A DNA stretch of 64,000 bases from Bryobacterales bacterium (lineage in GTDB: Bacteria > Acidobacteriota > Terriglobia > Bryobacterales > UBA6623), in assembly GCA_965226215.1 (NCBI GenBank), contig CBDDCH010000002.1:1495180-1559179 (forward strand), given 5' to 3'. Under the pieces are notes generated by a model. It saw only the letters and a program-made list of their open reading frames with translations, was not told where the DNA came from and did not search any database. Positions 16,426 to 26,220 of this stretch are shown here, piece by piece (the first letter of the stretch is position 1; each line of letters starts with the position of its first letter). The translations under genes were made by a program, and so were the position numbers.

Positions 16426-17049
16426 ATGGGACAGCCCAGCCAATCGGTGGACCTTAATGAGTCTGAACTGGTGGGCCAGTCCAGGAATGTGGACCGTGCG
16501 GCCTTCACGGAGCTGGTCAACCGCTATGCCGCCAAGATCTTCCGCTTGGCGCGGCATATCACCAAGAACGATCACGACGCCGAAGACGTTCTTCAGGAGG
16601 CTTTCCTCAAGGCCTACTCCCGGCTGGATCAATTTCAGGGAAACTCGAGATTCTACACCTGGCTAGTGCGCATCGCGGTCAACGAGGCCTTGATGAAGCT
16701 GAGGCGGGCGAAGACGCGAAAGACCGTCTCTCTCGATCAGGAGCTGGAGTCCGAGGACGGCTCGCTTCCGCGGGAGACAGCCTCCGAGGAGGAGAGTCCC
16801 GAAGAACGCTACGGCCGTCTCGAGACCCGCGAATACCTGACCCAAGCGATCGATAGCCTGTCCGAAGCTTACCGCTCGGTCTTGGTGCTGCGCGACATCG
16901 AGGGCCTTTCGACGGAGGAAACCGCCGAGATGCTGGACCTTTCCGCTTCAGCGGTGAAGTCGCGGCTCCTCAGGGCGCGTTTGCAGTTGCGGGAAAAACT
17001 GAAGCGACACCTAGGTCGAAATGGGAGACAAACACAAAATCAACTGTAA
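16426..17049 (+). CDS. ECF sigma-70 factor (RpoE/SigW-like)
   Basis: AAFTELVNRY..DAEDVLQEAFLKAY..FQGNSRFYTWLVRIAVN and YRSVLVLRDIEGLSTEETA..AVKSRLLRAR. Confidence 0.95.
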   Translation: MGQPSQSVDLNESELVGQSRNVDRAAFTELVNRYAAKIFRLARHITKNDHDAEDVLQEAFLKAYSRLDQFQGNSRFYTWLVRIAVNEALMKLRRAKTRKTVSLDQELESEDGSLPRETASEEESPEERYGRLETREYLTQAIDSLSEAYRSVLVLRDIEGLSTEETAEMLDLSASAVKSRLLRARLQLREKLKRHLGRNGRQTQNQL

Positions 17050-17278
17050 GAGCTTCCTCGAGGAGCTGTCGGATTACATCGACGGGGACCTCGATGTGGA
17101 ACTGCGGGTCTCTGTCGAGGCCCATCTCGGGAAGTGCCCAGACTGTTGGGTGGTGTATGACGAGACGAGAAGAACGATTGAGATCTCGCAGAGTGTCGAC
17201 TGTCACCCCCTACCGGCAGACGTTCACGATCGGCTGTTGAAGATTCTGGAACAGCACTGGGACACCTCCCGCAAATGA
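17021..17278 (+). CDS. Soluble zinc-binding anti-sigma factor (zf-HC2/ZAS)
   Basis: C..LSDYIDGDL..HLGKCPDC (HxxxCxxC). It overlaps the sigma stop codon and has no TM. Confidence 0.9.
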   Translation: MGDKHKINCKSFLEELSDYIDGDLDVELRVSVEAHLGKCPDCWVVYDETRRTIEISQSVDCHPLPADVHDRLLKILEQHWDTSRK

Positions 17279-17519
17279 TTCCGATGAATCCCCGGGATGC
17301 CTTGCATTCGCAACACGGGGCGTAGCACACCGAGTTTCCCTGTCGGGCCAAAAATCGCGCCGTTCCGCCTCTCGGATCGCCTTCCGTAGATCTCTGTAAA
17401 TTGTCTTCCTAGGCCGAAAAGCCGAAACCTGATCGAGGGTCCCGCGAGTCTAACCCATAGAGGAGGATTGCCGGCCCGACTCGCTGAACCGGGCGATCCT
17501 CCACTACGGAGGTTCAACA

Positions 17520-18194
17520 ATGTCGGCTACTGTTATGAGCTCGCTTCTGATTTCGTCGATCGGCGATGACCCGCTACTCCTCATGCCCCGACGAAAACCC
17601 CAGTATTTTCATAAAAATCAGACCATCTATTCCTCTCAGGACCCGGCCGACAGCCTCTTCCTCGTGGTCGACGGGACTGTCAAATTGAGCCGCATCTCCG
17701 GCAGCGGTCGAGAAACAGTACTCGACTTTTGCGTGCAGGACTCGTTCTTCGGAGAGTCAGGCCTGCTTGGCCTCCCCGACCGGGGGGAAACCGCTGTCGC
17801 GCTAGAGGACACGGCTGTCATGGAGTGGTCGATGGTGGAACTGGGACAGATCATGCTCCGCACGCCGGAACTGGGGCCGTCACTGTTACGAGTACTCGCC
17901 GGCAAGCTGTTCGAGGCCGATTCCAGGATCGCAAGCTTGGCCACCGACCAGATCTCTCACCGCCTCTTGAAGGCGCTGTTGACGCTCGGCAAACGTTTTG
18001 GTTCGGTCGATGGCTCGGGCGAAATCCACATCATGCCCATTACCCACGAGGTGCTAGGCAAGTATGTCGGCACGTCGCGTGAGATTATCACCCAGCATAT
18101 GAGTCAGTTGCGCCGGCAAGGCTTGGTTGATTATTCGCGCACGGGGATTGAGTTCAACCCCTCGGAACTCGAACGAGCTCTCTCCTCCACCTGA
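17520..18194 (+). CDS. Crp/Fnr family transcriptional regulator
   Basis: cNMP domain (IYSSQDPADSLFLVVDGTVKL..FFGE) and HTH ITHEVLGKYVGTSREIIT. Confidence 0.92.
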   Translation: MSATVMSSLLISSIGDDPLLLMPRRKPQYFHKNQTIYSSQDPADSLFLVVDGTVKLSRISGSGRETVLDFCVQDSFFGESGLLGLPDRGETAVALEDTAVMEWSMVELGQIMLRTPELGPSLLRVLAGKLFEADSRIASLATDQISHRLLKALLTLGKRFGSVDGSGEIHIMPITHEVLGKYVGTSREIITQHMSQLRRQGLVDYSRTGIEFNPSELERALSST

Positions 18195-18236
18195 GGCGAG
18201 CTTCACAAACGCAAAGGTCGTTTGAGTAAGCCGGCT

Positions 18237-18296
18237 CGTGAGAAAGCGGGCTAGTGCTTGGTATCAAAAGTTCGCGTATCTAAAAAGCCCTTTCCC
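18237..18296. mobile_element. Right end of MITE family C joined at CTAG to the left end of MITE family F
   Basis: CGTGAGAAAGCGGG-CTAG-TGCTTGGTATCAAAAGTTCGCGT..AAAAGCCCTTTCCC; the second half matches 24785-24831. Confidence 0.7.
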
Positions 18297-18302
18297 TAGT
18301 TA

Positions 18303-18485
18303 GTAGTCCGTTTGATAAATTCGGCCACGTATGTCTAGATTAGACGCCTGATGAACGACCGGGAACTTCGGGCACGGCATGCCGTGCCCCTACATTTGCG
18401 GAAACCCAACAGATTTGTAGGGGCACAGCATGCTGTGCCCGCCTGCACTCGCCCGAAATGTGAGTGTAGTTGCCAAACGCTGTAC
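18303..18485. mobile_element. MITE-like element family A carrying an inverted pair of GTAG REPs
   Basis: GGGCACGGCATGCCGTGCCCCTAC and GTAGGGGCACAGCATGCTGTGCCC. Flanked by TTA on both sides, with imperfect terminal IRs; homologous to 45277-45456. Confidence 0.75.
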
Positions 18486-18500
18486 TTAGCGAGGTACGCC

Positions 18501-20189
18501 TTACGCGTTCAGACTTGACCTGGTGATTGCTCCTTCCGCGGCCGAAGACACGAGTAAGCAATACTTCGCGAACACGCCAGAAGGGTAGCGCTGCTTGGGT
18601 GGCGTCCATTTCGCGAGGCGTTGCTCGATTTCAGAGTCCTCGAGTTCTACGTCGAGGCGCCGATTTTCGACGTCAATGGCAATCGTGTCGCCTTCCTCGA
18701 GCGCGGCGATCGGTCCGCCGCGAGCGGCTTCGGGAGCAACATGCCCGATCATCAGACCGCGTGTCGCGCCGCTGAAACGGCCGTCCGTCATCAGCGCCAC
18801 ACTTTCTCCCAAGCCTTCGCCGACGATCGCCGCGGTCACGCCGAGCATCTCACGCATGCCCGGACCTCCCGCCGGCCCTTCGTAGCGAATGACCATGACA
18901 TCACCCGGTTGAATCTGTTTGCTTGTGACCGCCTGCATGGCTGTTTCCTCACGGTCGAAAATGCGCGCCGGCCCGCGGTGCTGTTGGCGGCCATGTCCGG
19001 CAACCTTCAGCACGGCTCCGTCGGGTGCCAGATTGCCTCGCAGGATCACCAATCCGCCCGTCGATTTGATGGCGTTTGAAAGCGGGCGGATCACGTCTTG
19101 TCCGGGTGTCTCTTTAGCGTCGGCGCAGGCTACGGCGAACGTTTGTCCTGTCACGGTGAGCTGAGAGCCGTCCACGAAGCCCCCCTCGAGCAATCTCTGG
19201 GCGATGAGTTGGATGCCACCCGCGCGGTCGACATCCGCGGCGACGTACTTGCCGCTCGGTTTCAAGTCCACCAACAGTGGTGTCTTGCGGCTGATCTCGT
19301 CGAAGTCGTCAATCGTCAACGGGACGCCGGCGTCCCGGGCCAGCGCCAGCAAGTGAAGGACCGCATTGGTCGAGCCGCCCGTCGCGGCGACACTGGCGAT
19401 CGCATTTTCGAATGCTCGTCGGGTAAGAATCTGGCTAGGACGGATGTCGTTCTTGAGTGCGTTCATCACGAGGTTGCCCGCTTGGCGTCCGACATCATCT
19501 TTGCGAGGGTCGGTCGCTGGCACGCTGGCGCTTCCCATCGGCGACAGCCCGATGAGTTCCATGACGGTAGCCATGGTGTTGGCTGTGTATTGACCGCCGC
19601 AAGCGCCGGCCCCCGGACAGGCCACGTTTTCGATTTCGAGCAGTTCGGCGTCGGACATCGTTCCGGCCGCATGACGGCCGATGGCCTCGAAAACGTCTTG
19701 GATGGTGACGTCGTGCCCTTGGAATTTCCCCGGCATGATCGAACCGCCATAAAGAAGAACCGACGGTATGTCGAGACGTGCCAGCGCCATCGCCGCGCCG
19801 GGGATGGTCTTGTCGCAGGCCACGAGTGCAATGACGGCGTCGAACAGGTAGCCTCGTACCGTCAGCTCGATCGAATCGGCGATGACTTCGCGGCTGACGA
19901 GCGAGGCCTTCATGCCCTCGGTGCCCATCGTGATCCCGTCGCTGATGGCGATGGTATTGAACTCCATGGGAGTGCCACCGGCGGCGCGAACCCCTTCTTT
20001 GACCTTGACCGCCAGATCTCGGAGGTTGAAGTTGCAGGGCATGGTCTCGATCCAGGTATTGGCAATGCCTATAATGGGTTTGCCCAAATCGTCGTCGGTG
20101 AAACCGATGGCCTTAAACATCGAGCGCGCCGCGGCTCGGTCGCGTCCCTCCGTGATGATGTGGCTTTGATGTTTGAGCGGATTCGACAT
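18501..20189 (-). CDS. ilvD: Dihydroxy-acid dehydratase
   Basis: PCN, DG(I)TMG, CDKTIPG, GACGGQYTANTM, GGSTNAVLHL, EGPAGGPGMREM and TDGRFSGAT. Confidence 0.97.
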   Translation of the reverse strand: MSNPLKHQSHIITEGRDRAAARSMFKAIGFTDDDLGKPIIGIANTWIETMPCNFNLRDLAVKVKEGVRAAGGTPMEFNTIAISDGITMGTEGMKASLVSREVIADSIELTVRGYLFDAVIALVACDKTIPGAAMALARLDIPSVLLYGGSIMPGKFQGHDVTIQDVFEAIGRHAAGTMSDAELLEIENVACPGAGACGGQYTANTMATVMELIGLSPMGSASVPATDPRKDDVGRQAGNLVMNALKNDIRPSQILTRRAFENAIASVAATGGSTNAVLHLLALARDAGVPLTIDDFDEISRKTPLLVDLKPSGKYVAADVDRAGGIQLIAQRLLEGGFVDGSQLTVTGQTFAVACADAKETPGQDVIRPLSNAIKSTGGLVILRGNLAPDGAVLKVAGHGRQQHRGPARIFDREETAMQAVTSKQIQPGDVMVIRYEGPAGGPGMREMLGVTAAIVGEGLGESVALMTDGRFSGATRGLMIGHVAPEAARGGPIAALEEGDTIAIDVENRRLDVELEDSEIEQRLAKWTPPKQRYPSGVFAKYCLLVSSAAEGAITRSSLNA

Positions 20190-20287
20190 CAGCAGATCTC
20201 CTCAACTGAAAGGACATATCATCGTACCGCAAGTTCGTTGAGACTCGACCGCGGCCGGCTCCAATGAGGCTGGGCCAGCCCACCGTG

Positions 20288-21850
20288 CTACTTGGTTCTA
20301 TAGATTCGAGCCGAGAAGGAACCCTTGTGAAGAGTTTCTACCGCTTGCCGTGCCGCGGCTAGTTCCCCGAGGCGGGCCTCCTCGAGATTCGTCGCCTCGA
20401 AATCACTCCACACCACAAGCCAGTCGGGAGAAGCGGGTGCTGGCGCAAGCCCGCCTTCGTGGCCGGGTTTGCCCGCCAACAGGCGAGCGTCTTCTTCGGG
20501 AAGTGGCAAACTCGCCAGCGATCGCAAGCGGTCTTTGCCGAGGCGTGAGTGAACGAGCGTCCGCTGGTAGTCGGGCGGGGAAGTGTCAAGCCTTGCAAGC
20601 GCCAGAGCCGCTTTGCGGCGACCGATCACTCCACCAAGCTCTTCGCTCTTGTCGAGGTACCGGCTCAGCAGTTCAGGAGCAATCGGTTTAGCAAGCACCA
20701 CAACTTTCTCGGAACCGGACACGGCTTGGTCGAGGTACCGAGCAAGTTCGTAGCTGAGCTTGAGACGTGGATCGGAGGTTTCGCGGTTTACGAAGCGGTC
20801 GGCCATGAAAAGGCTGATTGCGAGACCGAGCGCGAGCACGATGCCGCGGAAGCGGCGGAGGCGGCTGAGTCCGAGACCGGCCATAACGGTCACCGCGGCG
20901 AAAAGTAAGTGTGCCTCGCGGGCGGTGACGAAGCGGTCGGGTTGGTCGCGTTCACCGTGCGCGGAAAACAGAATGGCAATCAAGAACAAGGCCAGGAAAC
21001 CAGCGAGCATCCTGTATCGCGCCGCGCGAAGCATCCCTTGTTTAAAGAAGCGCCACAGGCCTACGGCAGCGAGGATGAGAAAAGGGACGGCGGTGTTTTG
21101 GACCGTGATCCAACCCAGGTATAGGTAGCGGAAGAGGCGCTCCGGGCTCAAGTTGGTATCCAGCAAAAAAGATCCGCTCGGCCCGGTGGCCACCCTCCAG
21201 ATGAGCCATCCGAGCGGCGCCCAGCCGAAAAGGAACGATCCCTCGAGGAAGTCTCGAGCCTGCGTACCTCGTTTGACGGCGAACGCCAGCACAAACACCG
21301 GGCATGCAGCCCAAGCCTCGTAGCGAGTCAAGCAGGCAAGGCCCAAGAACAGGCTCGCAGCCAACCAGTTGTCTTTGAAGAAGAAGTAGAAGCCGAAGAA
21401 AAGACCGCCGAGCATCAGGATTTCTTGGTAGGGAACGATCGAGTAGGCGAGCACAAACGGGTTCGTGACGAAGATGAGGGCCGTGTGGAAAGCAGTGCTG
21501 GGTCCGAGCAGCTCCTTGGTCATCAGATAGAAGCCCAGGCCGGCGGAGGCTCCGATGAGAGCCATCAAGCAACGGATCCATAGCGGGTTTTCCGAGATCA
21601 GTGAAATGTAGTGAACGCCCAACTGCAGGAGCGGCAGCTGGTATGCCAGCAGGATGCGGTCGTGGTTGGCCAGCCGCATGATGCTGTCGCCGCCGAAAAC
21701 AACGGGATACGCGTGGATGAACCACAAGCGCACGCCGAGACCGAGCAGGAACACGAACACGCCGTGATACCGCTGGAATCCAGGCGTTGCGTCGAGCGGC
21801 TCTGGGTTAACCTCAGCGGCTGGAGCGGGTGAACTCATCGTAGGCGGCAA
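20288..21850 (-). CDS. Multi-TM GT-C fold glycosyltransferase (family 39/83-like)
   Basis: GVRLWFI..FGGD, many TM segments, PYQE, ACLTRYEAW and a soluble C-terminal domain. Confidence 0.65.
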   Translation of the reverse strand: MPPTMSSPAPAAEVNPEPLDATPGFQRYHGVFVFLLGLGVRLWFIHAYPVVFGGDSIMRLANHDRILLAYQLPLLQLGVHYISLISENPLWIRCLMALIGASAGLGFYLMTKELLGPSTAFHTALIFVTNPFVLAYSIVPYQEILMLGGLFFGFYFFFKDNWLAASLFLGLACLTRYEAWAACPVFVLAFAVKRGTQARDFLEGSFLFGWAPLGWLIWRVATGPSGSFLLDTNLSPERLFRYLYLGWITVQNTAVPFLILAAVGLWRFFKQGMLRAARYRMLAGFLALFLIAILFSAHGERDQPDRFVTAREAHLLFAAVTVMAGLGLSRLRRFRGIVLALGLAISLFMADRFVNRETSDPRLKLSYELARYLDQAVSGSEKVVVLAKPIAPELLSRYLDKSEELGGVIGRRKAALALARLDTSPPDYQRTLVHSRLGKDRLRSLASLPLPEEDARLLAGKPGHEGGLAPAPASPDWLVVWSDFEATNLEEARLGELAAARQAVETLHKGSFSARIYRTK

Positions 21851-21926
21851 ACCTGCGTCGCGGGACGTGTCTACTTCGAGTCGCTAGCGGACTGTCCTGG
21901 AGACGAGTTCACTATATATTCGGAAA

Positions 21927-21972
21927 TGTCGGGCTCGAAAGCCCGACACGGCACGCTGAAAGCGTGCGCCAC
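21927..21972. repeat. Two adjacent REP-like hairpins
   Basis: TGTCGGGCT-CGAA-AGCCCGACA and GCACGCT-GAA-AGCGTGC-GCCAC (reverse complement starts GTGG). Confidence 0.55.
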
Positions 21973-22076
21973 GTCGCCAAGACGATCAGAAGTCTTGTCT
22001 GGAACAGCTCTCTAGTTGCTATGGCTCCGCCTACTGTAGCTCAAGGAAGAGGACATTCGCCCGGGCTGAACCAGGG

Positions 22077-23648
22077 TCATCGCAACTTGTAAAGAATCGT
22101 GGTGGGGTGGGTGTATCTCCAATCATGCGGTGAACCGGCTTCCCCCAGGGTCGCCCAAGGAAAGAGTAAGGGGCTGCGGAAAACAGCGACTTTTTCGTAG
22201 CGCGTTTCAAAGAGGTTCTTGTTTTGATGGGGATAGTCGCCGACCAGAAGATCGGCGGTGAGAACCCAGGGCGGGTACGTTTGGGCGAGATCGTCCAGAA
22301 AAGGGTTCGGCCCCATCGGGTAGGCCGATTCATCGAGCGGGGGAACCTCCCGCATGATACGGGCTATGGTTTGGCCCCGCGGGACCCTCTTGGGGACCTC
22401 CGCCAGTGCTAGATTCACCGGGTGCGGGGACAACATGAACTGCAGTTGGGTGGTCGATGCCGCGAGAGCGACACCGAGGGCCAGGAGTGCCGCAATCCAC
22501 CGCCATCGGGGCCGAAGGCCGTCGAGCGCTACAGCCGCGGCCGCGGCGCAGAACGGGACGAGGGGCAGCTGATATCGCAGCAACGGCCAGTTCTGGGGAA
22601 GCAGGGTAACGAGGCCCACGATGAACATCACCGGCGCCATCCAGCCCGCCGGCGAGCCGCGGCGGCCCAGAAGCCAGAACCCCCATCCGGCCAGCAGCGC
22701 CGCCGGAATTCCTAATGAAAACCGGGCAAGGTCGACCAAATGTTGGCCCAACAGGGCGGGTTTCGAGATGTAGTAGTGCTCGGGAATCGCTTGGCGGCTT
22801 GCCTGAACGATCTTACTTGCCTGGTCAAATACTTCACGGGAGTTCGTAAGGATAAACGGTTCACCCGCCAGGAAGCCCGCCACGACGCCAAGGAGCCACC
22901 AGCGCGCTCTCGACCAGGCGAAACGATGCGGCCACAAAGCAAATGCGGCGGCGCCTAGAACCATGGGAGCCGAGGAGTACTTTGCTGCCATGGCAAGTCC
23001 CGCGGCGATCCCGAACCCTAGCCACAATCTGCGCCGGTCGGTCGCGAGCAACCGCAACCCCAGCACTGCAGTCAAGGTGACGAACGTCGTCTCCGTGACA
23101 TCCACTCTGATTTGGGCCGCTTGCAGAAGGTGTCCGGGAGACAAGGCCACCAACGCGGCAGCCCACAGTCCGGCATGCCTGCCGCAGAGCGTCGCGGCCA
23201 GCAAGAAAGTGAACAAGACGGTCGCCAGGTCAACAGCTACCGAGACGAGCCGCCCTACGACGTATACCTTTTCAAACTCGCCGGGAATCATCCCCCCGAA
23301 GGCCGTTCGCCAGGGTTTTTCGAATACGCCGGCCGCTTGTGCTCCTTCCAGTGCCAGCAGAACCAGTTCCAAGTGCAACGTGCCCCAGCGGTAAAGCTGG
23401 GGATCGAAGTCCAGGTTCGCCGGGTCGGTCCGCGCCAGACTATAGAGGACGCTAACTTCGTCGAACGCATACGACCCGCGGAACCCGGATGCAATGGTTT
23501 CAGGCGTCGTAGGCGGCAGCCCCCAGCCGATCCCCGTGACCCGAAGCAACAGGCCGACCGCCAGAATTCCGAGGAGCCAGAGTCGTTCCCTGGTCGTGAG
23601 GGATTTCAACACACCAGTGGTTTGGAGGGGCTGGGCAGGCTTCCCCAT
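22077..23648 (-). CDS. Glycosyltransferase family 39 (ArnT/PMT-like)
   Basis: GLLLRVTGIGWGLP..FDE, GRLVSV, ALVALSPGH, and GIAAGLAMAAKY; multiple TM segments. Confidence 0.8.
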   Translation of the reverse strand: MGKPAQPLQTTGVLKSLTTRERLWLLGILAVGLLLRVTGIGWGLPPTTPETIASGFRGSYAFDEVSVLYSLARTDPANLDFDPQLYRWGTLHLELVLLALEGAQAAGVFEKPWRTAFGGMIPGEFEKVYVVGRLVSVAVDLATVLFTFLLAATLCGRHAGLWAAALVALSPGHLLQAAQIRVDVTETTFVTLTAVLGLRLLATDRRRLWLGFGIAAGLAMAAKYSSAPMVLGAAAFALWPHRFAWSRARWWLLGVVAGFLAGEPFILTNSREVFDQASKIVQASRQAIPEHYYISKPALLGQHLVDLARFSLGIPAALLAGWGFWLLGRRGSPAGWMAPVMFIVGLVTLLPQNWPLLRYQLPLVPFCAAAAAVALDGLRPRWRWIAALLALGVALAASTTQLQFMLSPHPVNLALAEVPKRVPRGQTIARIMREVPPLDESAYPMGPNPFLDDLAQTYPPWVLTADLLVGDYPHQNKNLFETRYEKVAVFRSPLLFPWATLGEAGSPHDWRYTHPTTILYKLR

Positions 23649-23883
23649 TGGCTGCTCACATTCTACTCGCCGGCCAGGCGCCCCCCGGAGTGATCAGCTA
23701 CGGGCCGGCGAGGTGGAAGCGGCTGTAGGGTACGCCCGCTGACTGTTGAAACGCAACGACCGGAGACAGCGCTGGTGTCAAGCCACAATAGAAATCCCCC
23801 CGAAGTTGATCTTGGAGGCAAAGGCTCGATATGATCAGCAGCTTGAAGTAACCGCGCAGCCTTCCGAGAAAGACCTCCATAAG

Positions 23884-24780
23884 ATGACAGACAGCCCTTC
23901 TGTATTGCTTACTACCGACCTCCCCGGTTGCGAACGGGTCGCCCGTGGGAAGGTCCGTGATATCTACCGAGTCGGCGAGCAGCTTCTGATTGTTGCCACC
24001 GATCGAATTTCCGCCTTCGACGTCATCCTGCCGAACGGCATTCCACGCAAAGGCGAGGTCTTAACCAAGCTTTCGATCTTCTGGTTCGACTTTCTCAAGG
24101 ACGTCATCCCCACTCACTTCGTGACGGCTGATGTCGATAGCTACCCGGATCCGCTGCCCAACTACCGCGATCAGCTCGAGCATCGATCGATGCTGGTCAC
24201 GGCCCTTGAGATGGTACCGATCGAATGCGTCGCCCGCGGTTACCTATCGGGATCGGGGTGGAAGGATTATCAGGCCACGGGGTCAGTATGTGGCGTCAAA
24301 CTGTCTCCGGGAATCAGGGAGAGCGGTTTGTTGCCTGAGCCTGTTTTCACCCCGGCCACGAAGGCCGAAAGCGGCCACGACATCAACATCAGCTTCGAGG
24401 AAGCCTCCGAGCTGATAGGCAAGGAATTGTGTGAGAAGCTGCGCGACCTGACGTTGGACATCTATTCGCGAGCTTCGCAGCGAGCGCTTCAAGAAGGCCT
24501 CGTGTTGGCGGACACGAAGTTCGAGTTCGGCCGACTCGACGGCGAAATCGTGCTCGGAGACGAAGTGCTCACACCCGATTCTTCGCGCTATTGGCCGCTC
24601 GAACTCTACCAACCCGGCCGGCCACAGGTTTCCTACGACAAGCAATATGTTCGCGACTACCTGGAATCGGTCGACTGGGACAAGACACCACCCGCGCCCG
24701 AGCTGCCGCCGGAAGTCGTCGCCAACACCTCCGAGAAGTACTTGGAGGCCTACTACACGATCACGGGCGAGGATCTGTAG
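23884..24780 (+). CDS. purC: Phosphoribosylaminoimidazole-succinocarboxamide synthase
   Basis: RGKVRDIY, TDRISAFD, ECVARGYLSGSG, TPATKA..GHD, DTKFEFG, DEVLTPDSSR and DKQYVRD. Start taken at ATG 23884. Confidence 0.97.
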   Translation: MTDSPSVLLTTDLPGCERVARGKVRDIYRVGEQLLIVATDRISAFDVILPNGIPRKGEVLTKLSIFWFDFLKDVIPTHFVTADVDSYPDPLPNYRDQLEHRSMLVTALEMVPIECVARGYLSGSGWKDYQATGSVCGVKLSPGIRESGLLPEPVFTPATKAESGHDINISFEEASELIGKELCEKLRDLTLDIYSRASQRALQEGLVLADTKFEFGRLDGEIVLGDEVLTPDSSRYWPLELYQPGRPQVSYDKQYVRDYLESVDWDKTPPAPELPPEVVANTSEKYLEAYYTITGEDL

Positions 24781-24784
24781 TGAG

Positions 24785-24963
24785 CTAGTGCTTGGTGGCA
24801 AAAGTTCGCGTTATTTGAAAAGCCCTTTCCCGAAGGACCATACGATCGTCCGTCTGGCCCGGAAGTGGTTTGTTCGCAGAGTCTTCCGAGCCGCGACCGT
24901 GAGGGAGCGGTCCAGGGATTGTCCGCCTATAACCTATCCTGAATTTATGCAACCAAGCACTAG
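24785..24963. mobile_element. Complete MITE family F with CTAG at both ends
   Basis: The left 23 bp CTAGTGCTTGGTGGCAAAAGTTC matches the reverse complement of the right 23 bp at 20 of 23 positions. Contains an internal GAGCCGCGACCGTGAGGGAGCGG REP. Confidence 0.8.
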
Positions 24964-25188
24964 TTGTGTAGCCTCAAGAGGTTGTTCCGGGGAAAGGGGA
25001 GTCGGCTGATAGGGGGATTATAGCCGAGGCTGGCGTGGGGGCGATGCCAGTTGTAGTCGGGGAGCCAGGGTTCAAACTTGAACGTGACTTGTTTGGCAGC
25101 GCAACCCACAGCTCCTGTGGCAACGGCGAGAAGAAGTCGCGCTCAGCATCTTTGAGCACAGATTGCTGGCAGGAGGCTTCTTGATTGT

Positions 25189-26220
25189 TCAAAGTCTCAC
25201 CGGCCTGTTTTCATGCGCGGACTGAAGCAGCGCCGCCAGGGTGGCAGCGTTCCCTCGGCTGTCATCCAGCGAGATAACAGGCTCGTCGCCGTCCAAGATG
25301 CTTGCTTCGACGCCCTCGAGTTCACACTGATAAGCGTTGGTTTTTTCATAGGTGATGGTCTGCTCTTCGATACCCGCCGCGCTGTCCCCGAAGGTCTCCC
25401 CGTCAGCCTCGCCCTCTCGCAAGATGGTGAGGTGTGCTGTCTCTCCGACACGATTCAACCAAGGGTGGTCGAGCAGGATCCTGCCCCTGCTACCAATCAC
25501 TTCCGCGTTCCAACAGGCCGTGACTTGAAAACTGGACGCGATTTGAGCCAGGGTGCCTGAGGCAAAACGCAGTTGGCCTGCGAACGACAGGTCGACGCCA
25601 CTATCACTAAGGACCTGCTGGGCCTCCACCTCGACCGGATTGGCACCAGTCACCGTGCGAGAAAAGCTGACCGGGTAGCTACCAATGTCCCAGAGGGAAC
25701 CTCCCCCGAGGCTGGGGTCGAATCGGATATCGCCTTCCCGCTCGAGTGTGAAACCAAAGAAACCCTGAATCACACGGATCTCGCCGATGTCTCCGTTGGT
25801 AACCCATTCCTGAACTTGCCTTGTCTGCTCGTGGTAGCGATACATGGCCGCTTCCTGTATGAGGACCCCGTTCCTGCCCGCAGCCTCGGCAATGCGGTCT
25901 GCTTCCTCAGCGGTGAGCGCCATCGGCTTTTCGCACAACACGTGCTTGCCTTGCTCCGCGCTTTTGACACACCACTCGGCGTGCATCGAATTCGGCAGAG
26001 AAATATAAACGGCGTCTACTTCCGGGTCGGCAAGCAGCCCGTCGTATCCCTTATGGGCGCGTGGAATTTTCCACTCGTCGGCGTAGCGGTCTGCCGTTTC
26101 CTTGCTTCTGCTGGCAACCGCGACTAGCTCACTACGCCCGGAGTTCCCAATCGGTACGATCAATCTCTCGTTGATACGCGCCGTACTCATCAAGCCCCAG
26201 CGCAGTTTCTTTCCTGCCAT
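25189..26220 (-). CDS. Gfo/Idh/MocA family oxidoreductase
   Basis: LRWGLMSTARI, DAVYISLPNSMH, HVLCEKP and GGGSLWDIGSY. Confidence 0.92.
   Translation of the reverse strand: MAGKKLRWGLMSTARINERLIVPIGNSGRSELVAVASRSKETADRYADEWKIPRAHKGYDGLLADPEVDAVYISLPNSMHAEWCVKSAEQGKHVLCEKPMALTAEEADRIAEAAGRNGVLIQEAAMYRYHEQTRQVQEWVTNGDIGEIRVIQGFFGFTLEREGDIRFDPSLGGGSLWDIGSYPVSFSRTVTGANPVEVEAQQVLSDSGVDLSFAGQLRFASGTLAQIASSFQVTACWNAEVIGSRGRILLDHPWLNRVGETAHLTILREGEADGETFGDSAAGIEEQTITYEKTNAYQCELEGVEASILDGDEPVISLDDSRGNAATLAALLQSAHENRPVRL

Noticed and set aside
19098-20267. 389-aa plus-strand ORF
   Set aside because: Shadow of ilvD.
23746-23883. N-terminal extensions in the ORF track (purC from 23746; likewise 983, 2416, 35740, 50927, 55256)
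   Set aside because: Family-typical N-termini and/or RBS motifs point to later starts.
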